In this document: positions 34,966-46,820 of the stretch, piece after piece
How positions within the stretch are numbered: the stretch's first letter is position 1
How the letters are laid out: each line of letters starts with the position of its first letter
Assembly (NCBI RefSeq): GCF_006345805.1
Contig: NC_043013.1
Location: forward strand, 9,114,001 to 9,178,000
Direction of reading: 5' to 3'
Length of the DNA stretch: 64,000 nucleotides
Source of the DNA: Octopus sinensis
Lineage: Eukaryota
Translations under genes and position numbers: made by a program
Notes under the pieces: model-generated
Database searches by the model: none
The model's input: the letters and a program-made list of their open reading frames with translations, nothing else
Told to the model about the DNA's origin: nothing

Positions 34966-37900
34966 GAAATATAATAGGGAATATGAGTCGGTGAGGATGA
35001 TTTTTACGTTGTCGTTCGATCTGTTAAAAATCAAAATCAAACCTCCCGTGAACCACATGCTACCGTATTTTGAATGTGAGAAAGGCGGTGGAATTCTGGT
35101 TTAAGTACTCCCTATCTCCCCCCGTAACTTTTATTTGTGTTCTGTACACATACAACGATGCAAAAAAAAAAAAAAAAATTAAACTCCCCACCTAAATATC
35201 AAAATTTCCACTTTATGCATCCATGCTCACAAAATATAGTAATTTTTTAAAAAGCGAATTAATAAACAAGGTAGATTGCTGAAAGTGATATATTTACAGA
35301 ATAGAGATTATCACCTGGAGGTTAGATTTAGAAAAAGCCTGTTTAAATTTTAAGGAGATGATGATAAAATTAACACTTTTAATAGAGAAAAAAAACCCAA
35401 TGAACCATAACTCAAATTACTCCACAACATTTTAAATGTAAAATTGTTTGATAATTTGTTGGTATTATTTTAGGTATACTTTTTCTTTAAATGAAGAAGA
35501 ATCCGTGTTTAATATAATGATGGTTGAGCTGCTGTAATTTGTCGCATCAATACATATTTCTCTAACAGAACTTCAACAAAGGCAAAGTTATTTCCCTTGA
35601 TCTCAACACATCTGCTATGAGAGATACGGTCGCTCCTCCAGCCTCCGAATTTCTTATCGGACTATTCTGTCATGTATGTGTCTCCACAAAACCCTCTCCA
35701 ATCCATATTTCATCAACTCTAGTGTATTTTCGAGTTGGATTTTATTTTTGTCTCTGTTTTTTTTTTTTCATCCTTCTGTACATATAAATAACTTCAGTCC
35801 CTTTCAACTGCACACACACACACAATATATATATATAGCTCACTTTACTCCACAGTGCCCTTTATAAATAGAGATTTTTTAAATATTTCCCAAGTGATGA
35901 CAACCTTCTCTCATTCAGCATTACCAATATACAGTTATGATAGATATCTAGGAAAAATGCATTTGACAATATATTATTTGTACTCATGAACAACACAGAG
36001 CTGAAAAAAAACCCCAAAAAATCTTCAAATTAGTAAATGATTGGTCTCACAGTCTCCCATAATGTTTGATGATGGCTGCACATCATTAATAATAATTAAT
36101 ACTATAACTTAAATTGTATCCAAAACACTACGTTTTTCCTTTAGGATCAGAAAAATACTTCATCCTTAACCCATTAAGTGCTGGGATTTGCACTTAGCTA
36201 GCATGGACTGTTGAGCACATTTTATTAAAATGAGAATGCCATGCACACATAAAAAACAAAAAAATAGTTAAAATATCTTCTTAGAATATAATGGTGCCAA
36301 GTTTTACATCATCTGAAAAGTCATTAGCTGAACTATTAGTCCTCTCACATTCTGGGGGGTATCGGAGTGTTTCAGTGACATTAGACACCAACAAACGTCC
36401 GTAAATTAAATGCATCTGGGCCACGATCGTGGCCTGTCGACCTGTTAGGGAATAAAAATTCCGGCATCACAGGGGTTCAAATTATTCTCAATGAGGAAAT
36501 ATATATTCTTAGTTGCTTAGCAGCATTTCGCCCGTCTTATCTTATCTTTCAAATTCCACCGAGGTCGACTTTGCCTTTTATCCTTTCAGGGTCGAAAAAA
36601 ATAAGTACCAGTTGAGTACTGAGGTCGATGTATTCAACTTACTCCATCCTCGAAATTGCTGGCCTTGTGCCAAAATTCGAAGCGAATATTCATTCCTAGT
36701 AAGCCACAGTACGTGTCCTTCGCCCAAACTCGAGCAACAAGCCTGTGTGTCATTGTCTCGAGACGGACGGCATGGGGGCCTGGAAGCGAGGGAGTATCAA
36801 TTTGGAACTACGTAATCGAATGTGCTTCTTTTAAAGATAGTTCTATGTAATTTGCCAATATCATCAGATTGTAAGTTCACAGACTGTCTCCTTCTTCGAA
36901 AGTATGTACTTCCTCCCATCACAGAAATAATGCCGAGTTCAACATTATAAACTCCACCCAGCCGCCAATATTCCCTCTACTTTAACACTATTGATGATTT
37001 CGTACTGAGGACTTAACTAGAAAAAGCAGCTAAATTACCTTGAAACTACACTACCATCCAACGTGGTTACTTGATCTCTTTGAGAAAAAAGAAAAAAAAG
37101 CCAGGCATGGCTATGTGGTAAGAAACTTGCTTTTCAACCACAAGGTACCTCGGGCAAATGTCTTCTACTATAGCCTCAGGCCGACCAAAGCCTTGTGAGC
37201 GGATTTGGAAGTCAGAAACTGAAAGAAGCCCGTCGTGTATATGTATATATCTATGTGTGTTTGTCCTCCGTCACCGCTTGACAACCGAAAGTATAAAGTG
37301 ATGAAACAACAGAATAAATTGTATGCTGCGAGGAGGAAAATAATTTCATTTTCTAAATGTATTTTAGTGAACATTGACTCGACTTCTCAAGTTGTTTGGC
37401 CCTAGACGAGCTCTGAGAAGCAGCAAACACAAACCAATGATCATTCGTGACGTACTCGTTTCTTTTTTTCTGTGTACAAATATAATTCCACGAGCTTATC
37501 TTCGTTTCCAAGGCCCCATGAAAATAAAAATATTTACTCTGTCAAAAATAGAGGTCTTGCCAGCCAATAAAATGAAAGATTTTTCTTTCTTTTTTTACAA
37601 AATAGTTAAATAACGGAAGTAAAACAGTGGGCATTTCGTAGAGTGACCGCTAAAATGCTAATGTGACGTTCTTATTACTAAAGCTGGATCCACCAAATAT
37701 TCAAGTTAGATTCCTAATTAACGTGTGCAAAGCATGGCTATTAACTACCCAAGAGCATTGAATGTCGAGAGAGAATGGTCAACAGTAAATGCTACTTCTG
37801 ACAAGGTAAATGCTTTCATTTATTCGAGTCAGTGTCGTCTTGCCAGCATTATACGCCCCAGGGATGAAGCAATGCATTGGAGCCTTTAATATTAGTTCTT

Positions 37901-38690
37901 AGTAGGGCGACGAGCTAGCAGAATCATTAGGAGGTCGGGCGAAATGCTTAGCGGTATTTCGTCTGCCGCTACGGTCTGAGTTCAAATTCCGCCGAGGTCA
38001 ACTTTACCTTTCATCCTTTCGCGGTCGATAAATTAAGTACCGGTTACGCACTGGGGTCGATATAATCGACTTAATTCGTTTGTCTGTCCTTGTTTGTCCC
38101 CTCTGTGAGTAGCCCCTTGTGGGCAGTAAAGAAATAGGTATTTCGTCTGTCGTTACGTTCTGAGTTCAATTTCCGCCGAGGTCGACTTTGCCTTTTATCC
38201 TTTTGGGGTCGATTAAATAAGCACCAGTAACGCAATGGGTCGACGTAATCGACTTAATCCCTCTATCTGTCCCCTCTATGTTTAGCCCCCTAATATTTAT
38301 TCTTATTTGCTTAGCAGCATTTTGCCCGTCTTAACTTTCTGAGTTGTGGTAAGAAACTTGCTTTTCAACCACATGGTACCTTGGGCAAGTGTCTTCTACT
38401 ATAGCCTCAGGCCGACCAAAGCCTTGTGAGTGGATCTGGAAGTCAGAAACTGAAAGAAGCCCGCCGTGTATATGTATATATCTATGTGTGTCTGTCCCCC
38501 GTCACCGCTTGACAACCTGCGTTGGTATGTTTACGTATCTGTATCTTAGCGGTTCGGCAATAGAGACAGATAGAATAAGTACTACAGAAAAAATCCTGGG
38601 GTCGATTTCTTTAACCGCAGGAATGATTATAAATAAAATGCATTTAATCATAGGTCGGCTTGATCAAAGTTGACCTGGAGTTTAAGTCAG

Positions 38691-38723
<33 letters not shown>

Positions 38724-38853
38724 CACACACATATATGTATATATACACACACATATGTATATATACATATATATATATATACACACACACATATGTATAT
38801 ATACATATATATATACACACACATACACACATATATGTATATGTATATATATA

Positions 38854-38892
<39 letters not shown>

Positions 38893-38895
38893 TGT

Positions 38896-38937
<42 letters not shown>

Positions 38938-38951
38938 ACATATATGTGTAT

Positions 38952-38994
<43 letters not shown>

Positions 38995-39108
38995 CAGGAT
39001 GTCATAGTTGAAATTTGAAAAACCTTTGATCACCGGTCTGTTTTGCTGAATCACATGGCTCAAGTAACCAAGGGTTCAACAACAACAAATTAGAAAAGGT
39101 AAGCTTAC

Positions 39109-39291
39109 TTCAGAGCAGATAATCGATTGAAATAATGCGATGCTGCTGGAAGATGAGACTAATTGACAGAACTGTTGTACGATGTCGGTATTAAATACAA
39201 GTTTGGCCGATGTCGATGCTAATGCCGCGAAGAGACCAGAAAAAACTGCCAAAAATGCTCCATAATTGATCACCTCCTTCCAGTTCTTCAT
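39109..39291 (-). CDS. TMEM42: TMEM42 homolog, exon 1 (61 codons, MKNWKEVINYG...SIICSE)
   Basis: GAFLAVFSGLFAALASTSAKLVF matches the TMEM42 N-terminal helix (GAFGALAAASAKLAF). In-frame ATG at 39291; phase-0 GTAAGC donor after 39109. The ORF-track start at 39315 is a TTG. Confidence 0.9.
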
Positions 39292-39780
39292 TTTAATCTG
39301 TTGACATGTTTCCAATAAATCCTGATTTTTTTTTTTTTTTTTGTATTAAGATGAAAATACTTTGTTAGCTATATTACATAAAAATAACAACATGTAAAAT
39401 ATTAATAATAAAGAAGTAAAATAAAGTATTGATAATAAGGAAACAAAATAAAATAAAATAATATCTGAAATTTGTTTTTTGTAATAGTTTATTAGTAGAA
39501 TCGAAACTGCGGCTTAGAATGATTCGTTCGCGTTTTTTCTTTCTCTCTTTGCAGTGAAGGGAAACTCACAAGCTGATTAGATAATTTTCTCAAATAATAA
39601 ATATCTTCAAAATATTCAATCATTAGCCATAGATATATTAACAAAATAAAATAATATAAAATGACGTGTTTTTAAATGTCAGGTAACGAACAAAATAAAA
39701 TTGTTATAGCGAATCCTTCTTCTCATTATATATACGGTCTTCACCCATGCTTTGCAGATTCGCAGTGAAAGTAATCCACT
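39292..39780. promoter_or_regulatory. Candidate bidirectional promoter / 5' UTR region between TMEM42 and EMC8/9
   Basis: Divergent start codons about 490 bp apart with no recognisable repeat between them. TSS positions are not visible. Confidence 0.6.
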
Positions 39781-39987
39781 ATGGTGGACTATAATGTCAG
39801 TCTTCAGGCTTACTGTAAAATATTATCTCATGCAGCCAAGTATCCTCATAGTTCCGTCAACGGAGTTCTTCTCGCCGAGGATACTAAGGTGAAGGATTCC
39901 AATAAATGCCTGAAAATGGTGGACACTATCCCTTTGTTTCATGTCTGCTTAGGACTCACGCCGATGCTCGAATTCGCCCTGACGCTG
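39781..39987 (+). CDS. EMC8: ER membrane protein complex subunit 8/9, exon 1 (69 codons)
   Basis: AYCKILSHAAKYPHSSVNGVLL...VDTIPLFH...LTPMLEFALTL is the EMC8/9 (UPF0172) N-terminus. Phase-0 GT donor at 39988. Confidence 0.95.
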
Positions 39988-42062
39988 GTTCGTATCCACA
40001 TAACATCATATTTCCCTACCTTTTTCAATTATTCTTACTGTTTATTCTCTTTTGTCAGTATTCATCTTTCCCCCACTTAATCCCCTGGTTGTGAAATCTA
40101 AGGGATTAACTGACAGACTTAGATTACTGATTTTAATTTGGTTTCGAAACCGTAAAGCGACAAACTCGTGCTTGAAAGTTCCGAGGATTTAATTGGAAAA
40201 AAACCTTATTTCCCCCCAAAAAAGATAAAAAGGAATTTTATTTCTAACAGTTGCTTATTTAAGAAAAACGCATTTAAGTAATTTATGTAGAAAGCTCTAT
40301 GATACATTAAAGTTTTGTAGCTGAAACTTGATGTCTTCTAAGAAAGTATTGTATTATTAGAAAATGGTTATCTATATATGGTGTTCAATGAATGAGTCTG
40401 CTATTTGCATGTCATGCCTTCTTTTTTTCCCCCTCCTCCACATAGGTATACAATTCTTACAGATACAGACTAGTCAAAGCGCAAGTGCAAATATCCTATT
40501 CGTTTTCTATTTCATTATTTGCTGGAAAAATATAAATTTCAACTTATGTTGGAGATTTTAATTTTGATTTGTTCTATATTTGGATTTAACACCATTTCAT
40601 TTCTATTCTATGAAAACGTTTCTTCAGTTGCTGTTGTTTAGCCCCCAAACCAGCCCTGATCGAGCAAACTTATTAAGGGAGTTCCAGTTGTGAGCATACC
40701 GTCTGGACTATGTCCTTCCCAAATTAAGGTGGTAGGGCGTGCTTTGATGGTGAACGGGTTATTATTTCATGCAGGCTGATCGGCCAGCCATTCGCTCGTT
40801 GGCTCGAGTGAAAACTCTTTAATTGTTGTTTAGAAATGATTGGGACTAAAAATTTATCAACGCCGCTCCCTTTTGTCTGTATGATTTTTGAGTAATTACT
40901 AAACGGATTAAGTTACACTTTAACGGTGCTAAGGTACTTAATTATTGAGGTAGGTTTCAATGTATTTCACATTGCAGGGGATAATAAGCAGATTAAATTA
41001 ACTACAGAGCCAAGAGCAATAAGTAGATTGCATCCTGTAGATTATCAATGCAGCAGGCAGATTATTCGGAATGTTAAGGGTACCTGTACAACAGATTGCA
41101 GGAAACTGATGATCAAATATATTCTGTGGTTGGCAGTAATAACCAGTTGATTAATTAGGATCAAGTTAAACCGTCATTAACTCAGCAGTTTGAACCCTGT
41201 TTTAAGATATTACTGAGTTGTGCTCCCACAATTCTCAGGATTTAGCATATTAAAAAAAAACACATTACATTTAATTAACTCTTTCATAACTGAGATACAT
41301 TACCTGTGTCTCCATTAATTTTGAAAATAATCAACTTGGCCATTTTTAAGTTGATAGTTGGAACATATGTAAAAAAAATGAATGCTTTCAAAACATGTTT
41401 TTATTGTTTTGTTTTATGGTGTCAGAATTTAGTATAAAAAGAGATAACCATGGATTGAACATCTTTGATCAGTGGTTTGCCAAATCTCAACTCGGGCCTG
41501 ACCTGGGCTAAACAGCACTACCAACAAAGGAATAAGTCTGCTGTTAGAAGTGCAATACTAGGGAACCGAAACTCAAGCTGTTTCACACCCGAGATTAGAA
41601 ACAGTTTTGAGTTGAATGAGCCGAGTACAGTTTGATTTGGTATGGAATGCTAAAACTGTAAGAAAGACTAAGCCCAGTTGAACTATTATCAATGAGTATT
41701 GAAAACGTTTGCAGATGTTTTGCAAACTGGAGGTTGCACTGAGTTGAACAGGTGATGCAGATGGCATGAAATAAGTCAGCAGTTTGAAATTGCCATAAGA
41801 GAAGCAGCTAAGAACTTTACTGTAGAACTGGCCCGAGACCGATAAGACCTGTGGAAGGCTGCTGTATTTCAAATCTGTCCAAACCACACCAGCATGGGAA
41901 AGCTGATAATAATAATAATAATAATAATAATGACAGTCATGACACCATCATCACTATCAACACTATTCACTAATTATTTTTGTTATTCCCTTATTAAAGA
42001 TACTTACTGTGGCTACTTTTATTTATTCTGCTGAACCTGCTGTTTTTGTTGTTGTTTTTCAG

Positions 42063-42139
42063 ATAGATATATATTGTAAAAGTAAAGGTTTGGTCATTGG
42101 TGGATATTACCAAGCCAATGAAAACTATTGCAATTCAAA
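42063..42139 (+). CDS. EMC8: EMC8/9 exon 2 (77 nt; IDIYCKSKGLVIGGYYQANENYCNS)
   Basis: TTTTTCAG acceptor, GYYQANE motif, GTAAGT donor; phase 0/2. Not in the ORF track; read manually. Confidence 0.95.
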
Positions 42140-42164
42140 GTAAGTTGTTATGAATTTTATTACA

Positions 42165-42565
42165 TTTTTAAAAAATTGTTTTGGTCATTTGACTGCAGCC
42201 ATGTTGCAGCACCACTTTTTCAGTCAAGTAAGTCGACCCCAGGACTTATTCTTTGTAAGCCGAGTACTTATTCCATCGGTCTCTTTTGTTGGCCCACTTA
42301 GTTACGGGGACATAAACACACAAGCATCGGTTGTCAAGCAATGTGAGGGGACACACAGACACACAAACATATGTATATGTATATATATACACACACACAC
42401 ATGGCGGGCTTCTTTCGGTTTCCATCTACCAAATCCACTCACAAGGCTTTGGTCAGCCTGAGGCTATAGAAGAAGACACTTGCCCTAGGTGCCCCTCAGT
42501 GGGACTGAACCCAGAACCATGTGGTTGGTAAACAAGCTACTTACCACACAGCCACTCCTGTGCCT
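42165..42565 (-). mobile_element. SINE family A fused downstream of the U6 copy
   Basis: Full-length family A homology; head lies 5-7 nt after the U6 terminal TTTT. Confidence 0.9.
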
Positions 42566-42572
42566 ATGTAGG

Positions 42573-42672
42573 AAAATATGGAATGTTTCACGAATTTGCA
42601 TGTCAACCTTGTGTAGGGGCCATGCTAATCTTCTCTATATCGTTTCAATTTTAGAATATGTACTGCCGTAGC
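42573..42672 (-). pseudogene. U6: U6 snRNA retro-pseudogene
   Basis: Reverse complement reads GCTACGGCAGTACATATTCTAAAATTGAAACGATATAGAGAAGATTAGCATGGCCCCTACACAAGGTTGACATGCAAATTCGTGAAACATTCCATATTTT. By eye about 11 differences per 100 nt from vertebrate U6; first 6 nt missing; ACAGAGA box mutated to ATAGAGA; no room for a snRNA promoter. Confidence 0.95.
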
Positions 42673-42696
42673 TAGTTGTTATGAATTTTATTATCA

Positions 42697-45470
42697 GTGC
42701 AGAATCATTAGTGTTGGACAAAGTGTCTTGCTGTATTTTTTCTGGTTCTTTATGTCTTGATTTCAAATCTAGCTGAGGTCAGCTTTGTGTTCCATCCCGC
42801 TGGTGTTAGTAAAATAAAGTACCAGTCAAGTATTGGGGTCAGTAGTGACCAACTAGCCATTTCCCCTCCAAACTGTTGCCCTTGTGCCTAACTCAGAAAA
42901 CATTATTATTTAGTCAGTGAACTGGCAGAATTGTTAGCATGCCAGACGAAATGCTTAATGGTATTTCCTCTGTCTTTACATTCTGAGTTCAAATTCTGCT
43001 GAGGTCGACCTTGCCTTTCATCCTTTCAGGGTTGGTAAAATATATACCAGTTGAGTACTGGGGTCGATGTAATCGACTAGCCATTCCTCAAAATTTCAGG
43101 CCCTGTGCCTATAGTAGAAAGAATTATTATTATTATATCAGGGTGGCCAAACTCACCCAGAAATGGGCCGAGAGGAAGCTGTCTCTGAAAGGTTGAGTGG
43201 AGGCGGCGAATGCGTACATCGTATCCGTCATCTATTACCGCTTGACCATCGTCCCTTGTCCCAACCGCTGGTTGGCCAAGCTGGTATGTCTGCTCTTCGA
43301 CTTTTTGTGGAAGGGTCAGGTACCACTGGTCAGGCGATCCATCTGCTGTCAACGACCGCTAAACGGAGGCCTTGGCATGCCGTGGTTACTGATGCGCAGA
43401 CATGCGCTCAGGCTATAACGTCTCAAGCGTTTCCTAGACGGTGAACAGGTGTAGTCATCTTTTGTCAGACGCGACTTTCCGCAGCTCGTCTCTTTGACAG
43501 AGCTGCAGACCTGGATCAAACGTAGACCGAGAAAGGGCGCTTGGCACCTCGAGTGCCGTCAAGCTCTCTCTGGCCTCTGCCAGGCGGGCAATGCGATCAG
43601 TTTTAGTTCCACTCTAGCATTCTATAGAGGGTTAGTGGAGGAAAAATGCGATGATGTTCTTGGGGAAACTAGGCGTTGATGATAACGAACTGAGCGGTCT
43701 GTTCGTAAGGACTTTCGGGCCGGGGCCAATGGATAATTTCCAAAGGTCCCTCGCCTGGCAGTGCTACCGAGGGGCTCTGCCTGTTCGGGATAAACTCTAC
43801 CGGCACGGAAGTGCCATCAGCCGGGCCTGCCCGAGGTGTTGCCAGGACACCGAAACTGTTCTGCACGCACTCGTCCAGTGCCCAAGTATTGCTGAACTAT
43901 GGGTTTATGTCGAACCGCTACTGTCACGTATAGGACGAATCCGGCTGTCAGCTGAATCCATAGTGAAGATTGCCCCCCCTACCTCCTTCAACAAGGAGGG
44001 CAAAGCCATTTTCCTGTGCCTAGTGGTTGTATGGTGGGCCTGTTTGAAAGGGCTAAAGTTAGACACTTTCCTCTTTGGTCAAGGCCTCATCAACTTTTTC
44101 AAGTTTCTCTTGAAAAGGAAGATGAGGTTAGAGAGGAGAGTGCTGTCTGATAGCAAGTTTTCTGAAAGATGGGTGAATTGTGCAAGAATGGCCAGTATAA
44201 ACGGACCAATTCTCAGGTTTCGCCTGTAATTGAAAAGGGTATTATAAAAGGAGAAAGGGGCTCTCTACCCCCCTTTTTGACCAGGCTCCCGTGGCTTTTA
44301 TGGGTTTTTCCATGTGAGACCTTTTCTTTTTTCGAAGTGTCTCCTCTATTGGGAGTTTTTCATTGTTATACTGCTTTTTACTAGATGTTTTCACAAACAG
44401 ACAAAACCTTTTGTAACCTTTCGTCCTGTTTTGTCCCTTTATGTTTTCTAATCATATTTGTCAGCCCTTTGAGGCCAATAAAAAAGAATTAATTATTATT
44501 ATTGTCGAGGTGGTGAGCTGGCAGAATCATTAGCATGCTGGGCAAAATACTTGGCAGCATTTCATTCGTCTTTACATTCTGTGTTCAAATTCTGTTGATG
44601 TCAACTTTGCCTTTTCATCCTTTCTGGATTGATAAATTAAGTAGCAGTGAAAAACTGGGGTCAACGTAATTGACTTTTCCTCTCCTCCCAAATTGCTGGA
44701 CCTTGTGCCAAAATTTGAAATCAGTATTATTATTATTGTCAAAAATGTGGCGAGCTGGCAGAACCGTTGACATGCTTGACAAAATGCTGATAAACATTTT
44801 GTCTGTCTTTACATTCTGGGTTCAAACTCCACTGAAGTCAACTATGCCTTTCATCTTTTCAGGGTCAGTAAGTAAGTACCAGTCAAACACTGGGGTTGAT
44901 GTAATCAACTTGCCCCCTCCCCTCAAAAACTGGTTGCCATATGCCAAAATTTGAAGCCATTATTATTATTATCATTATTATTATTACCAAGCTGGCAGAA
45001 TTGTTAGTGTGTTGGACAAAATACTTAGCTTTACTTCCAGCTCCTTCTGTTCTGAGTTCCTGTCCTGCTGAAGTTGACTTCATCTTTCATTCCCTTGGGA
45101 GCAATAAAGTACCAGTCAAGTATAGGGGTTCAATGTATTAGAATCTTCCTAAAATTGCTGGCCATGTGCTAAAACTTGAAATCATAATAATTCTTATGGC
45201 AGGAAGCTGACTGAATTGGTAAGCATGAGGGGCAAAATGCTTTGCAGTATTTCGTCCATCTTTACGTTCTGAGTTAAAATTTTTCAGGGCCGATAAATTA
45301 AATACCAGTAAAACACTGGGGTTAGTGTAATCAACTAGTTCCCACCCACAAAATTTCAGGCCTTGTGTCTTTAGTAGAAAGGATTATTATTATTATCATT
45401 GGCTGGTAGAATTGTTGGCATGTCAAACAAAGTACTTTGCAGCATTTCTTCTCTTTTCACTTTTTACATT
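42697..45470 (+). mobile_element. Head-to-tail array of about 7 SINE B copies separated by (ATT)n and split by a Tx1 insertion
   Basis: Units at about 42697, 42915, 44505, 44745, 44990, 45198 and 45402 (partial). Confidence 0.8.
43137..44482 (+). mobile_element. 5'-truncated Tx1/L1-clade LINE
   Basis: KLSLKGR...FDFLWKG...GGLGMP, plus a CCHC zinc finger AWQCYRGALPV...CPRCCQDTETVLHALVQCP; ends in AATAAA; candidate TSD AAAGAATT(A)ATTATTATTAT. Confidence 0.9.
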
Positions 45471-46154
45471 CTTACAGAATGTGCTGCATACATCATCATC
45501 ATCATCATCGTTTAACATCCGTTTTCTGTGCTAGCATGGGTTGGATGGTTCGACCAGGGTCTGGGAAGCCAGGAGGCTGCACCAGGCTCCAGTCTGATCT
45601 GGCAGTGTTTCTACAGCTGGATGCCCTGCCTTACGTCAACCACTCTGTTAGTGTAGTGGGTGCTTTTTACGTGCTACCGGCACAGGTGCCAGGGGAGGTT
45701 GGAAGCAGCCACGATCGGTTGCTGCTCTTTACGTGCCACCAACACAGAAGCCAGTCATCAGCCACATTCGGTGCTTTTTTACGTACCACCGGTACAGGTA
45801 TCACAACTACAATTTCCATTTGATATTTATTTTGATGTTGATGTACTTGACTCAATAGGTCTCCTCAAGCACAGCAGGTCCTGTGCTACCGGCACAGAAG
45901 CCAGTCAAGGTGGCGCTGGCATCGGCCACGTTCGGATGGTGCTTTTTATGTGCCGCTGGCACCTATGTATTTTTTTGTGGTAAGACTGAATTAGCAGAAG
46001 ACGTCTACAATTTGTGTAGATTTTTCTAACCATTTTCTTGGCTTTTAGAAATTTAAATCATTCTATGTGCAATTTTTTTTTTTACTCCATTATTTTGATT
46101 TGTACTTGGAAAAGTTATAAATAATGGTTAAGAATAAAAAAAAATTGTCTAAGC

Positions 46155-46820
46155 AGGTGCAGGAGTGGCTGTGTGGTAAGAAGTTTGCTTCCCAACCACA
46201 TGGTTCTGGGTTCAGTCCCATTGCATGGCACCTTGGGCAAGTGTCTACTACTATGGCCTCGGGCTGACCAAAGCGTTGTGAGTGGATTTGGTAGACGGAA
46301 ACTGAAAGAAGCCCGTTGTATGTATCATCATCATCATCGTTTAACGTCCGTTCTCCATGCTAGCATGGGTTGGACGGTTCGACCAGGGTTCTGGGAAGCC
46401 AGAAGGCTGCACCAGGCCCAGTCTGATCTGGCAATGTTTCTACGGTTGGATGCCCTTCCTAATGCCAACCACTCCGTGAGTGTAGTGGGTGCTTTTTATG
46501 TGCCACCGGCACCACAGTCGAATGGTGCTTTTTATGTGCCACCAGCACAGGGGCCAGGCGAGGCTGGCAACAGCCACGATCGGATGGTGCTTTTTACGTG
46601 CCACCGGCACAATGATGATATATATATAAGTCCATGTGTGTTTGTCTCCCATCACAGCTTGACACCAGTGTTGATTTGTTTATATCTATAACTTAGTGGT
46701 TCAGCAAAAGATACCAACAGTATAAATACTAGACCTGAAACATAAGTACTGGGCTAGATTTGACTAAACCTTTGGAGGGAGTGCCCCTGCATTGCCACGG
46801 TCCTATGACTGAAATAAGTG
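46155..46820 (+). mobile_element. SINE family A interrupted by an antisense RTE 3' fragment (46325-46610)
   Basis: Head and body at 46155-46322, a (CAT)n-tailed RTE fragment at the microsatellite position, then the SINE 3' half resumes at about 46620. Confidence 0.8.

Noticed and set aside
36985-37015. TGATGA...CTGA resembling C/D snoRNA boxes
   Set aside because: The boxes are only 7 nt apart, too close for a snoRNA.
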